15,367 nt of DNA from Caedimonas varicaedens (GTDB lineage Bacteria; Pseudomonadota; Alphaproteobacteria; Caedimonadales; Caedimonadaceae), in assembly GCA_001192655.1 (NCBI GenBank), contig BBVC01000115.1:1-15367 (forward strand), written 5' to 3'. Below, one piece after another: positions 6,587 to 14,377 of this stretch. The position numbers and the translations under genes were made by a program. Within the stretch, counting starts at the first letter, position 1, and every line of letters starts with the position of its first letter. The notes beneath the pieces were generated by a model, which saw only the letters and a program-made list of their open reading frames with translations, was not told the DNA's origin and searched no databases.

Positions 6587-7167
6587 GAAAAATGATCTGC
6601 AAGAAATAATTGGAAAGCCTTTGCCCGATGACTCCAACGGTTTTTTTCATCGACAGTCATTTCGGCATAAGTGTGAGGGCTGCCAAGGGGTTTAAAAATA
6701 GGATCATAGCCGTGTCCATGACTACCCCGAGGAGGGAAAACAAGCTCTCCCTGGCATTGACCCTCATAAAATTTAAGATCGCCATTGGAAAGCGCCAGAG
6801 CAAGGACAGAAATACAGTAAGAGCGTGGGTTGGTCTGAATGTCTTTATTCTGGGCTAAAGCATCAAACATTTTTTCACGTCCACCATGACTGTCAATAAA
6901 TCCTTTTGAATCAACACCCGGAGCGCCATTCAAAACGTCAATACAGATGCCGGCATCATCAGCAAGACAGGGAAGTCCTGTTTTCTGCTGCCAGAAACGG
7001 GCTTTGATGGCTGCGTTTTCCCTGAAAGTGCATCCTGTTTCTGCAGGTTCTTCATCGCTGAAATCAGTCGCGCATTGAATTCGGACAGGAGACGGGACAA
7101 GCATTCTCAATTCCTCGATTTTTCCGCGATTGTGACTTGCCAGAAGAAGGGTTGAAAAAGAGATCAT
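6583..7167 (-). CDS. rdgB: RdgB/HAM1-family non-canonical purine NTP pyrophosphatase (dITP/XTP pyrophosphatase)
   Basis: LLASHNRGKIEELRML near the N-terminus, FRENAAIKA, LADDAGICIDVLNGAPGV, and GHGYDPIFKP followed by TYAEM...KN..SHRAKA. These are the canonical RdgB motifs, and 194 aa is the right length. Confidence 0.92.
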   Translation of the reverse strand: MISFSTLLLASHNRGKIEELRMLVPSPVRIQCATDFSDEEPAETGCTFRENAAIKARFWQQKTGLPCLADDAGICIDVLNGAPGVDSKGFIDSHGGREKMFDALAQNKDIQTNPRSYCISVLALALSNGDLKFYEGQCQGELVFPPRGSHGHGYDPIFKPLGSPHTYAEMTVDEKNRWSHRAKAFQLFLADHFS

Positions 7168-7172
7168 GAGCG

Positions 7173-7523
7173 TCAGTTCTCCAGGTATTTCTCTGAAGGT
7201 ATTACGATAGCTTGATAATGGTTGGCAATACTTTTAATCTTGAGGAAAGTTTTTTCTGCTCCCGTAAAAATAAGATGCCGAACGCCCATACGAAGTGCAC
7301 CCAGGGCATATCCTGCCATATCTCCAGCATTGTGCCAAAAAATAAGTTTTTTATGAGGAAATTCTTGTTGAAGCTCTTCTTTCCTGATCATCCAGTAAAC
7401 AGGACCGGCCGAAGCGAATAATTCCACAGGGCATACAAAGGTTATTTCTTCCCCATGGTTATGCGTGATGAATTTTCTTAAGGCATCTAGCGTATTGAGT
7501 TCAGTATCAAGAATATAAGGCAT
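7173..7523 (-). CDS. Hypothetical protein, 116 aa, no family recognised
   Basis: The ORF is packed into the operon: 5 nt before the rdgB start and 9 nt after the upstream lipoprotein stop. Composition resembles the flanking core genes. There is no signal peptide, TM segment or motif I can name. Confidence 0.7.
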   Translation of the reverse strand: MPYILDTELNTLDALRKFITHNHGEEITFVCPVELFASAGPVYWMIRKEELQQEFPHKKLIFWHNAGDMAGYALGALRMGVRHLIFTGAEKTFLKIKSIANHYQAIVIPSEKYLEN

Positions 7524-7532
7524 CTCCAGACG

Positions 7533-7682
7533 CTATTCTTCCGGGGGATATTGGCCAGGATAACTGTAGGTAGAACCTTCAGGGGGCTCAGGCGGTCCTT
7601 TTTTTCCGCATCCTGTCAATGCCAGAGTGCAACCAAAACTTAAAAGAATTAAAAAAAACACGTAATTTTTCTTCTTTTCCAT
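7533..7682 (-). CDS. Small lipoprotein (49 aa), LptM/YifL-like lipoprotein-attachment family
   Basis: Absent from the ORF track because it is under 60 aa. Minus-strand translation: MEKKKNYVFFLILLSFGCTLALTGCGKKGPPEPPEGSTYSYPGQYPPEE. It has a basic N-terminus, a hydrophobic core, the lipobox L-T-G-C, then GKKGP and a Pro-rich tail, like the GCG.KGPL signature of YifL/LptM-type mini-lipoproteins. It is the first gene of the minus-strand operon. Confidence 0.6.
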   Translation of the reverse strand: MEKKKNYVFFLILLSFGCTLALTGCGKKGPPEPPEGSTYSYPGQYPPEE

Positions 7683-7751
7683 TGAACTTGCACCTCAAAT
7701 AAAGCTAAATCCTATATTGACATTATCACGATTAAGAAATGAGGAGAACAC

Positions 7752-8327
7752 ATGAATCGCATTACCTGTTTCTTTTGTATGCTTTTTTTTATGTGGCTGA
7801 CAGTTTCTGTTCATGCTTTTGGTGGGCGCTATGAATCTTTGGCACCTCAGGACATGCCGGAATTTACATTTATGAATCCTGAAGGATTCCCGGTCATGCT
7901 GGATCAATATAAAGGAAAAGTCATCGTTCTTAATTTCTGGTCTATTACCTGCGGTCCCTGCATCGCAGAAATGCCGTCTCTGGATCAACTGGCAGGTTAT
8001 TATCCTGAAGAAGACCTGATGGTCATTACAGTGAATGTTGATCCCTTGCGCAAACCTGGAATCCAAAGTTTTTATGATGAAAATCGCTATCGATATCTGA
8101 AAATTTATCAGGATCCAACTCGTGCCTCTCAGCAAGTCCTCAAGTGGCAGGGATTACCAACGACTTTTATTATCAATAAGGAAGGAAAATTGATCGGGCG
8201 CGAGGTAGGATATGAAAAATGGGATAGCGCTGATGCTCTTGCCTTATTTGATCAATTAATTGAGGGAAAAAATCCGAAAATACAACCGTCCTTATTGCAA
8301 AAAATGAAAGGTTGGGTTGGTTTTTAA
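7752..8327 (+). CDS. TlpA/ResA/DsbE-like periplasmic thiol:disulfide oxidoreductase (thioredoxin fold, redoxin family)
   Basis: N-terminal signal/anchor (FFCMLFFMWLTVSVHAFG). KGKVIVLNFWSITCGPCIAEMPSL carries the W..CGPC active site. GLPTTFIINKEGKLIG is the cis-Pro loop region. GAGGAG lies upstream of the ATG. Confidence 0.88.
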   Translation: MNRITCFFCMLFFMWLTVSVHAFGGRYESLAPQDMPEFTFMNPEGFPVMLDQYKGKVIVLNFWSITCGPCIAEMPSLDQLAGYYPEEDLMVITVNVDPLRKPGIQSFYDENRYRYLKIYQDPTRASQQVLKWQGLPTTFIINKEGKLIGREVGYEKWDSADALALFDQLIEGKNPKIQPSLLQKMKGWVGF

Positions 8328-8377
8328 AGTTCTTTGCTTTTAGAATAAAACTAAACTGATATGAGTATAATCCTTCT

Positions 8378-10288
8378 ATGCCTTTAAAGATTGAAACTTT
8401 TAACAATACAAATGGGGGGCAAAGCTTTTTTAAAGCCATAGGTCATCCTCTGGCGGTTGAGAAAGCGCAAAAGCTGCTTCAACAGATGCAGCACTGCCAA
8501 AGACTTGCCATTTATGATCCTGTTGGTTATTTAGGCACTTTTTATGAACTTTATGATCTTCGTTCCCTGAAAATTTCTGGTATTTATGTCCAGCGTTATG
8601 AAGATTTGGGTCGGGAAATTGCAGGACAGAAGGCCCATTTAATTACCGATTTATCTGACTGTGATGGATTGTTTGTTGTATCTTTTGACTCTGCTGCCAA
8701 ACTTGGACATATTCGTCATCTTATTCCCAAAGGCTGTCCTGTGTATTCACTGGATGACATGCGCATTCCAGATCACCTGCTGACCTATCCCCAACGTTAT
8801 CTGGATCCCTTGAATTTTGCGACCAACTTTGCTTTTTTTCGTGATGAGGGAAACCTTCATACGCGCCTTGTGACAGCTAACTATTGGTCAGGATATAGCG
8901 GTCGCCCGGCATCTCTATGGTGTTGCCTTTTTGATGCCTGTGGAAAGCGTCTTGCAGACTGGACTCAGGAATTGGGAAAAGCATACTCTACTGTGACAGT
9001 GGATAGTGAGGAAATTCGGAAGCGTTTCCAATTGCCGGCTTTTTGTGGTCAGCTTTTTGTGCATGTGGTTGGTGCGGCAGGACATGACATCGTAAAATAT
9101 GCGCTGGATACTTTGAGTGATGATGGTGAAACGCTCTCTTGCACCCATGATGCCAATGCGTGGCCTGCAGATTTTTATGCAGGATTGCCTGCTCCACGAG
9201 AAGATGAACAGGTGATTCTATGGGTGCAAAACAGTCATTCATGTCCTATTCCTGCGGGTTCTGTGGGGCTCAATGTTATGGGATCACCTGATATTGCTTG
9301 GTGGACTGAGGCTCTTCCAGGATTTGGAAGTCGGGCGCTGGATGTTAGTCGGCTTTTACCAAAGGTAAGATGGCCTCAACAATTGGAAATTCAGGCTGGT
9401 AAATATTTTGTCCGTCCCCGCTACGAGATTCTAAAAAAAGCATCAGGAAAGCGTCATATTGCACATGCCAATGTTGAACGTACGGATTTAAAACCCGATC
9501 CTCAGATTAAAAAGATTTCATCTCATTTTGGGAAGGGATTTATTTTACCAGCGCCTCTTTTGCCGACTCAAAAGTGGCGCACCATTATTTTACCTACGCC
9601 GATGGCAACCACGCAAACAAAACTTCCTCTTGCGCTTGAAATCTATGACCGTCATGGGAAAAAAATGCTGAGGGAAAGTTTTGGTGTGCTTTCAAGAACA
9701 GATTCCCAATCCATTGACGTGACGGATTTACTTCAGAAAAGCGATATTTCTCCAGACAATCATTTTGGACATGTTGAATTAATGTATGATTTTGATGCGG
9801 GAGAAGAGGCAGATGGTTGGCTGCATGGACTTTTCAGATATGAGCTTCGGGATGGCTCTCATACGGCTGAATCCAGTTTTGGAAGTCATATTTTTAATAC
9901 AGTCACTACTTATAAAAATCAGCCTCTATCTTACCGCGGAACACCCCCGGGACTCTCTACAAGATTGTTTTTAAGGCTGGGTTCCAAAGGGCTGGATACC
10001 CATTGTCATCTCATTTACCCTGCATCAAAAGCCTGGATTCCCCTCTCGGCAACGTCTCTTCAGCTGATGACAGCAGAAGGGGAAAACGTGGCAACAAAAC
10101 CTTTGCAGATTCGTTGTGGGGGATCTCATTATTGGCGCGCCAGCGAATTTTTTTCCCCTCAGGAACTTATGAAGGCAGGGGATGGGGCGTATATTGTTAT
10201 TCGGGATGAGACCTGTCGACTTTTTGGATATCATGGGTTGATTGATTCTTCAGACCGATTTTCTTTGGATCATATGTTTGGATTTTAA
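8378..10288 (+). CDS. Large cytoplasmic protein of unknown function (636 aa); no family recognised
   Basis: The 1.9-kb ORF is uninterrupted and has core-like composition. It lies 50 nt after the redoxin gene, and its stop is 9 nt before the trxB ATG. It has no signal peptide or TM segment, and no Walker, CxxC or HExxH motifs. See findings for its apparent internal modules. Confidence 0.85.
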   Translation: MPLKIETFNNTNGGQSFFKAIGHPLAVEKAQKLLQQMQHCQRLAIYDPVGYLGTFYELYDLRSLKISGIYVQRYEDLGREIAGQKAHLITDLSDCDGLFVVSFDSAAKLGHIRHLIPKGCPVYSLDDMRIPDHLLTYPQRYLDPLNFATNFAFFRDEGNLHTRLVTANYWSGYSGRPASLWCCLFDACGKRLADWTQELGKAYSTVTVDSEEIRKRFQLPAFCGQLFVHVVGAAGHDIVKYALDTLSDDGETLSCTHDANAWPADFYAGLPAPREDEQVILWVQNSHSCPIPAGSVGLNVMGSPDIAWWTEALPGFGSRALDVSRLLPKVRWPQQLEIQAGKYFVRPRYEILKKASGKRHIAHANVERTDLKPDPQIKKISSHFGKGFILPAPLLPTQKWRTIILPTPMATTQTKLPLALEIYDRHGKKMLRESFGVLSRTDSQSIDVTDLLQKSDISPDNHFGHVELMYDFDAGEEADGWLHGLFRYELRDGSHTAESSFGSHIFNTVTTYKNQPLSYRGTPPGLSTRLFLRLGSKGLDTHCHLIYPASKAWIPLSATSLQLMTAEGENVATKPLQIRCGGSHYWRASEFFSPQELMKAGDGAYIVIRDETCRLFGYHGLIDSSDRFSLDHMFGF

Positions 10289-10297
10289 GAGGGCTTT

Positions 10298-11242
10298 ATG
10301 AAAGAACATCGCACAAAACTCCTTATTATTGGGTCTGGTCCTGCGGGATATACTGCGGCGATTTATGCAGCGCGCGCAAACCTGAATCCTATTCAAGTCC
10401 TGGGAATACAGCCCGGGGGACAGTTGATGGTGACAACAGATGTTGAGAACTATCCCGGGTTTTCTGAAGTCATCCAGGGTCCCTGGCTCATGGAACAAAT
10501 GCTGGCTCAAGCCCAACATGTAGGCACCCAAACAGTTCAGGATATGATCTCAAGAGTGGATTTTTCAAAGCGTCCTTTTATATGTGAAGGAGAGGGCGGC
10601 GATCGCTATATTGCGGATACTGTGATTATTTGTACAGGTGCCCAGGCAAAGTGGTTGGGGCTGGAGAGTGAAGAAAAATATCGGGGCTATGGCGTATCTG
10701 GATGTGCTGTTTGTGATGGATTCTTTTTTAAAAATCAGGAAGTTGCCATTACAGGTGGCGGAAATACAGCGGTAGAGGAAGCTCTCTATCTGACCAATTT
10801 TGCGTCAAGGGTAACGTTAATTCATCGACGTGATCAGTTACGTGCAGAAAAAGTTTTGCAAGATCGATTGATGGAAAATCCTAAAATTCAGGTGATTTGG
10901 AATGCTGTTATTGAGGAAATTCTGGGTGAAGAAGAACCATCCAAAAATGTGACAGGGGTGCGATTGCGGGATACACAGACCAACAAGCTTTCTACTCTGG
11001 CTGTGGGTGGCGTCTTTATTGCTATTGGTCACAAGCCGATGACCGAGTTATTTGCAGGACAAATTGACCTTGATAAGCATGGTTATATTGCCTGTACTTC
11101 CGGCACGACACTCACAAATATCCCTGGAGTTTTTGCTGCGGGAGATGTTCAGGACAGTGTTTATCGTCAAGCTGTTACAGCGGCAGGGCAGGGATGTATG
11201 GCAGCGCTTGATGCCCAACGTTACCTTGCCGAACATCCCTGA
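10298..11242 (+). CDS. trxB: Thioredoxin-disulfide reductase
   Basis: LIIGSGPAGYTAAIYAARA (FAD GxGxxG), the redox-active CAVCDG, ITGGGNTAVEEALYL (NADPH site) and GVFAAGDV. The 314-aa length is right. Confidence 0.96.
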   Translation: MKEHRTKLLIIGSGPAGYTAAIYAARANLNPIQVLGIQPGGQLMVTTDVENYPGFSEVIQGPWLMEQMLAQAQHVGTQTVQDMISRVDFSKRPFICEGEGGDRYIADTVIICTGAQAKWLGLESEEKYRGYGVSGCAVCDGFFFKNQEVAITGGGNTAVEEALYLTNFASRVTLIHRRDQLRAEKVLQDRLMENPKIQVIWNAVIEEILGEEEPSKNVTGVRLRDTQTNKLSTLAVGGVFIAIGHKPMTELFAGQIDLDKHGYIACTSGTTLTNIPGVFAAGDVQDSVYRQAVTAAGQGCMAALDAQRYLAEHP

Positions 11243-11263
11243 TTTAAAGGATGAAATGATTCT

Positions 11264-13075
11264 GTGGCACCCCCTCTCATTACTCTTAAAGATGTTATGC
11301 TCACTTTTGGCGGTCGCTCGCTTTTTGAGAACCTTAATCTTTCTATTGGGGAAAAAGAGCGGGTATGCTTGGTGGGGCGCAATGGCTCTGGAAAATCAAC
11401 GCTCTTAAAAGTTTTAGCAGGAACTTGTGAGATGGACAGGGGCGAGCGGGTGATGAAGAGAGGAAGCCATATTGCCTATTTGCCTCAAGACCCGGAGATG
11501 CCTCCTGATACGACGATCGAACATTATGTGGCGGACGGATTACCACAAGATCAATACCATGATCGCTTTCGGGTTGCCATGGTTCTGGATGACATGCAAC
11601 TTGAGAGAGAGCGTCTTATAGGAACTCTTTCAGGGGGTGAAAAGAGGAAAACAGCTTTGGCGCGGGCTTTTGTCGGAGAGCCAGATTTGCTTCTCCTTGA
11701 TGAGCCGACTAACCACCTTGATTTGCCTGCCATTGAATGGTTAGAGCAGAAACTTAAAGATTTCAAGGGCGGATTTATTGCAATTTCTCATGATCGGATG
11801 TTTTTAACACATCTTTCCCAGTCAACTTTATGGCTTGATCGCGGGCAGATTCGTCGGCTTGATAAAGGATTCGAAGCCTTTGAAGAATGGGCAGACGGAC
11901 TATTAGCGCAGGAAGAAGTGGAAACGCGCAAACTTGACAAACTGATCTCTGAAGAAATCCGTTGGTCTCGTCAGGGAATTTCAGCGCGCCGCAAACGAAA
12001 TCAAGGAAGACTTCGCCGCCTTTCTTCTTTTCGCCAACATCGCTCAGAACAATTAAAACAACCGGGAATTGTGCGTGGGCTTGAAGCACAGACGGGTGAG
12101 ACTTCTTCTCGAGTCGTTATCGAAGCGCGTCACATTTCTAAATCTTTTGGTGAGCGGTTGGTTGTCGATGATTTTTCCATTCGGCTTTTGCGGGGAGATC
12201 GTGTGGGGATCATTGGTCCCAATGGGATTGGCAAGACAACACTGTTGAAACTATTAATGGGGGAAATGGCAATTGATTCGGGAAAGATTCGGTGGGGGCT
12301 TAATCTTACGCCCACATATCTGGATCAAAATCGCGTCATTTTAGACCCTGATCGTACATTATGGGAGACTTTGTGTGATACAGGGACAGATCAAATTATG
12401 GTACGGGGAGAGCCGCGGCATGTTGTAGGATATCTCAGGGATTTTCTTTTTGAAGAGCGCCAGGTGAGAAGTCCCGTCCGTGTTCTTTCGGGAGGAGAAA
12501 AAAATCGTCTTGTCCTAGCGAAAATGCTAGCAAGGGAATCCAATTTTCTGATTCTTGATGAACCCACCAACGATCTGGATATGGAAACTCTTGATCTTTT
12601 GCAAGAAGTTCTGGACGATTATGAGGGAACCATTTTACTGATCAGCCATGACCGTAGTTTTTTGGATCGTATCGTGACGTCCACCCTTGTTTTTGAAGAA
12701 AAAGGGAAAATTGTCGAGTATGCGGGCGGGTATAGCGACTATCGTCGTCAAAGTCCGTTATTATTCTTAAAAGAGCCAAAGAATCTTGTTCCTTCTTCTA
12801 AGACTGTTTCAAAGCACCCTAAAAAAATGTCTCAGCGATTAAGTTATCATCAACAAAGGCTTCTTGAGGTGCTACCTCAGGAAATTGCCATGCTTGAAGA
12901 AGAAAAGATACACATAGAAAAAACGCTTTCTGATCAAGAGTTGTTTGCGAAAAGTCCACAACAATTTGAAGGTTTGACGCGGCGACATGACCAGATTATC
13001 AATGAGTTGAATATTAAGGAAAATCAATGGCTTGAATTGGCAGAGCTCAAGGAAAATCTGAAAGATCCAGGATGA
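11264..13075 (+). CDS. uup: ABC-F family ATPase (Uup-like), two NBDs plus a C-terminal coiled-coil domain
   Basis: Walker A GRNGSGKST and GPNGIGKTT; ABC signatures LSGGEKRK and LSGGEKNR; Walker B LLLLDEPTNHLD and FLILDEPTNDLD. It has a charged linker, no TM domain, and a coiled-coil tail (LEVLPQEIAMLEEEKIHIEKTL...). GTG start at 11264, with AGGA 11 nt upstream. Confidence 0.88.
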   Translation: MAPPLITLKDVMLTFGGRSLFENLNLSIGEKERVCLVGRNGSGKSTLLKVLAGTCEMDRGERVMKRGSHIAYLPQDPEMPPDTTIEHYVADGLPQDQYHDRFRVAMVLDDMQLERERLIGTLSGGEKRKTALARAFVGEPDLLLLDEPTNHLDLPAIEWLEQKLKDFKGGFIAISHDRMFLTHLSQSTLWLDRGQIRRLDKGFEAFEEWADGLLAQEEVETRKLDKLISEEIRWSRQGISARRKRNQGRLRRLSSFRQHRSEQLKQPGIVRGLEAQTGETSSRVVIEARHISKSFGERLVVDDFSIRLLRGDRVGIIGPNGIGKTTLLKLLMGEMAIDSGKIRWGLNLTPTYLDQNRVILDPDRTLWETLCDTGTDQIMVRGEPRHVVGYLRDFLFEERQVRSPVRVLSGGEKNRLVLAKMLARESNFLILDEPTNDLDMETLDLLQEVLDDYEGTILLISHDRSFLDRIVTSTLVFEEKGKIVEYAGGYSDYRRQSPLLFLKEPKNLVPSSKTVSKHPKKMSQRLSYHQQRLLEVLPQEIAMLEEEKIHIEKTLSDQELFAKSPQQFEGLTRRHDQIINELNIKENQWLELAELKENLKDPG

Positions 13076-13162
13076 AATAGTGCTTGCATTATTGATTCCA
13101 ACCTTCTATTTGAGAGTAAAGTTGTGTTTGTGAAGTACCTATTTTTATTTTAAGGGGGAGCA

Positions 13163-13837
13163 ATGTACGTTCAAACAGTTGATTTCAAGAGTCTTCATGC
13201 ATCAGAAAACTTTGTGGATTCCTTACGTTCAACGGGCTTTTCTGTTGTAAAGAATCATCCCGTTTCTCCTGATCTGATTTGTGATACGTTTCGTGAATGG
13301 GAAAAATTTTTCGCCGGAACGGAAAAACATGCCTACACTTTTGATCCTTGCGTTCAAGCAGGTTACTTCCCTTTTAAAAGTGAAAATGCAAAAGGCTACA
13401 CTGTCAAGGATTTGAAAGAGTTTTATCATTATTATACATGGCACGGATTGCCTGATGGCCTATCACAAAATACAGTGCATCTTTATGAAATACTGGAAGA
13501 AGTAGCCTGTACTTTTTTAGGCTGGATTGAAGAAAATACGCCTCAGGATTTGAGAGAAACTTTTTGTATGTCTTTGCCTGATATGGCGCGACATTCGCGG
13601 AACTCTCTTTTAAGAATTCTCCATTATCCTCCTTTAACAGAGAATGAAGAGGAAGGAGCAATTCGAGCGCATGCCCATGAGGACATCAATTTGATCACTG
13701 TTTTTCCTGCTGCCTCTACGTCAGGACTCCAGGTTCGTGATTTGGTGGGTGAATGGCATGATGTCCAATGTGAGCCGGGAGAAGTCGTTATTAATGCAGG
13801 AGACATGTTGCAAATGCTGACGCGGCGTTATTATTCT
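13163..13837 (+). pseudogene. 2OG-Fe(II) oxygenase (isopenicillin N synthase-like family), N-terminal 225 codons, interrupted by an IS200-type insertion
   Basis: Strong RBS AAGGGGGAG. It has a DIOX_N-like N-terminus, then LRILHYPP...IRAHAHEDINLITVF (the HxD iron ligands) and VINAGDMLQMLT. After ...RRYYS the reading frame runs into IS sequence (LPGWVKTLAFRRRLQ, then stop). Confidence 0.85.
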
Positions 13838-13859
13838 CTTCCTGGGTGGGTTAAAACCC

Positions 13860-13873
13860 TCGCCTTCAGGCGA
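13860..13873 (+). repeat. Left-end subterminal hairpin of the IS200-type element
   Basis: TCGCC-TTCA-GGCGA: 5-bp stem with a TTCA loop, about 20 nt inside the left junction. Confidence 0.5.
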
Positions 13874-13894
13874 AGACTTCAGTAAGCTAAGGTG

Positions 13895-14332
13895 ATGCAA
13901 GAATATCGCCGAAGCTCACACTGTCTGTTTGATCTCAAAGTCCATTTGGTATGGATTACCAAATATCGCAAACCTGTTTTGTATGGTTCCGAAGGGACGA
14001 GACTGAGAGATATTTTGCGCCAAGTTTGCACAGAGCTTGAAGTTGAGATTGTGTCAGGCAACATCAGACGAGATCATGTTCACCTTCTGCTTTCAGTACC
14101 CCCGCAAGTTTGCGTATCGAAACTGGTGCAAAAGCTGAAAGGTGTCAGCGCTCGTAAATTGCTTCAGGAAAGTGAGAGATTTAAGAAAGCCTTTTGGGGT
14201 CATCATCTGTGGGCGCGGGGTTACTTTGCTGTTTCTACAGGTCATGTGACTGAAGATATCATTGCCGAATACATTCAAAATCAGGATGAAGTCGAGCGTC
14301 TCCGTTCTGACAACTTCCAAGTCGGCTTCTAG
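13895..14332 (+). CDS. tnpA: IS200/IS605-family Y1 (HUH) transposase TnpA
   Basis: HCLFDLKVHLVWITKYRKPVL, HUH motif DHVHLLLS, KLKGVSARKL, and the catalytic-Tyr region HLWARGYFAVSTG. About 145 aa. I prefer ATG 13895, preceded by TAAGGTG; the track starts at GTG 13892. Confidence 0.93.
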   Translation: MQEYRRSSHCLFDLKVHLVWITKYRKPVLYGSEGTRLRDILRQVCTELEVEIVSGNIRRDHVHLLLSVPPQVCVSKLVQKLKGVSARKLLQESERFKKAFWGHHLWARGYFAVSTGHVTEDIIAEYIQNQDEVERLRSDNFQVGF

Positions 14333-14338
14333 CCGAAG

Positions 14339-14375
14339 TGTGGAGCTACCTGCTTCAGCAGGTAGGGTGTCCACA
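14339..14375 (+). repeat. Right-end subterminal imperfect hairpin of the IS200-type element
   Basis: Outer stem TGTGGA (14339-14344)/TCCACA (14370-14375). Inner 8-bp stem CTACCTGC (14346-14353)/GCAGGTAG (14358-14365), with a TTCA loop and an internal bulge. It ends 2 nt before the right junction. Confidence 0.6.
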
Positions 14376-14377
14376 TT

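Larger units (their letters stand above)
13838..14377 (+). mobile_element. IS200/IS605-family element, IS200-type (tnpA only), about 540 bp; boundaries +/- a few nt
   Basis: It lies between the two in-frame halves of the oxygenase gene and carries an intact Y1 HUH transposase. There are subterminal hairpins at both ends and no inverted terminal repeats, as expected for this family. Confidence 0.85.

Noticed and set aside
6610-7421. Plus-strand ORFs 6610-6858 and 7212-7421
   Set aside because: They are antisense to rdgB and to the 116-aa operon gene, with no motifs or translation signals.
7695-8439. Minus-strand ORFs 7695-8135 and 8173-8439
   Set aside because: They are antisense to the TlpA-like redoxin gene and to the start of the 636-aa ORF. 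The plus-strand frames carry the clear motifs (CGPC).
8915-10531. Internal or antisense ORFs within the 636-aa gene and the trxB 5' end (8915-9148 -, 8988-9242 -, 9786-9974 +, 10003-10209 +, 10025-10234 -, 10250-10531 -)
   Set aside because: All are short and nested in much longer open frames. No independent evidence supports them.
10838-12315. ORFs overlapping trxB/uup (10838-11032 -, 11048-11236 -, 11052-11408 +, 11343-11546 -, 11551-11766 -, 11775-12089 -, 12130-12315 -)
   Set aside because: They are shadow frames of two genes with unambiguous motifs. 11052-11408 would bridge the trxB stop and the uup start in the wrong frame.
13838-13885. The last 16 codons (LPGWVKTLAFRRRLQ) of track ORF 13163-13885 as the genuine C-terminus of the oxygenase
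   Set aside because: This is read-through into the IS left end. The genuine continuation (STTHRV...) lies at 14378 in the same frame once the element is removed.
13229-14374. ORFs 13229-13444 -, 13404-13661 -, 13624-13806 -, 13879-14064 -, 14093-14374 -
   Set aside because: They are antisense to the oxygenase N-terminal half or to tnpA, with no supporting features.
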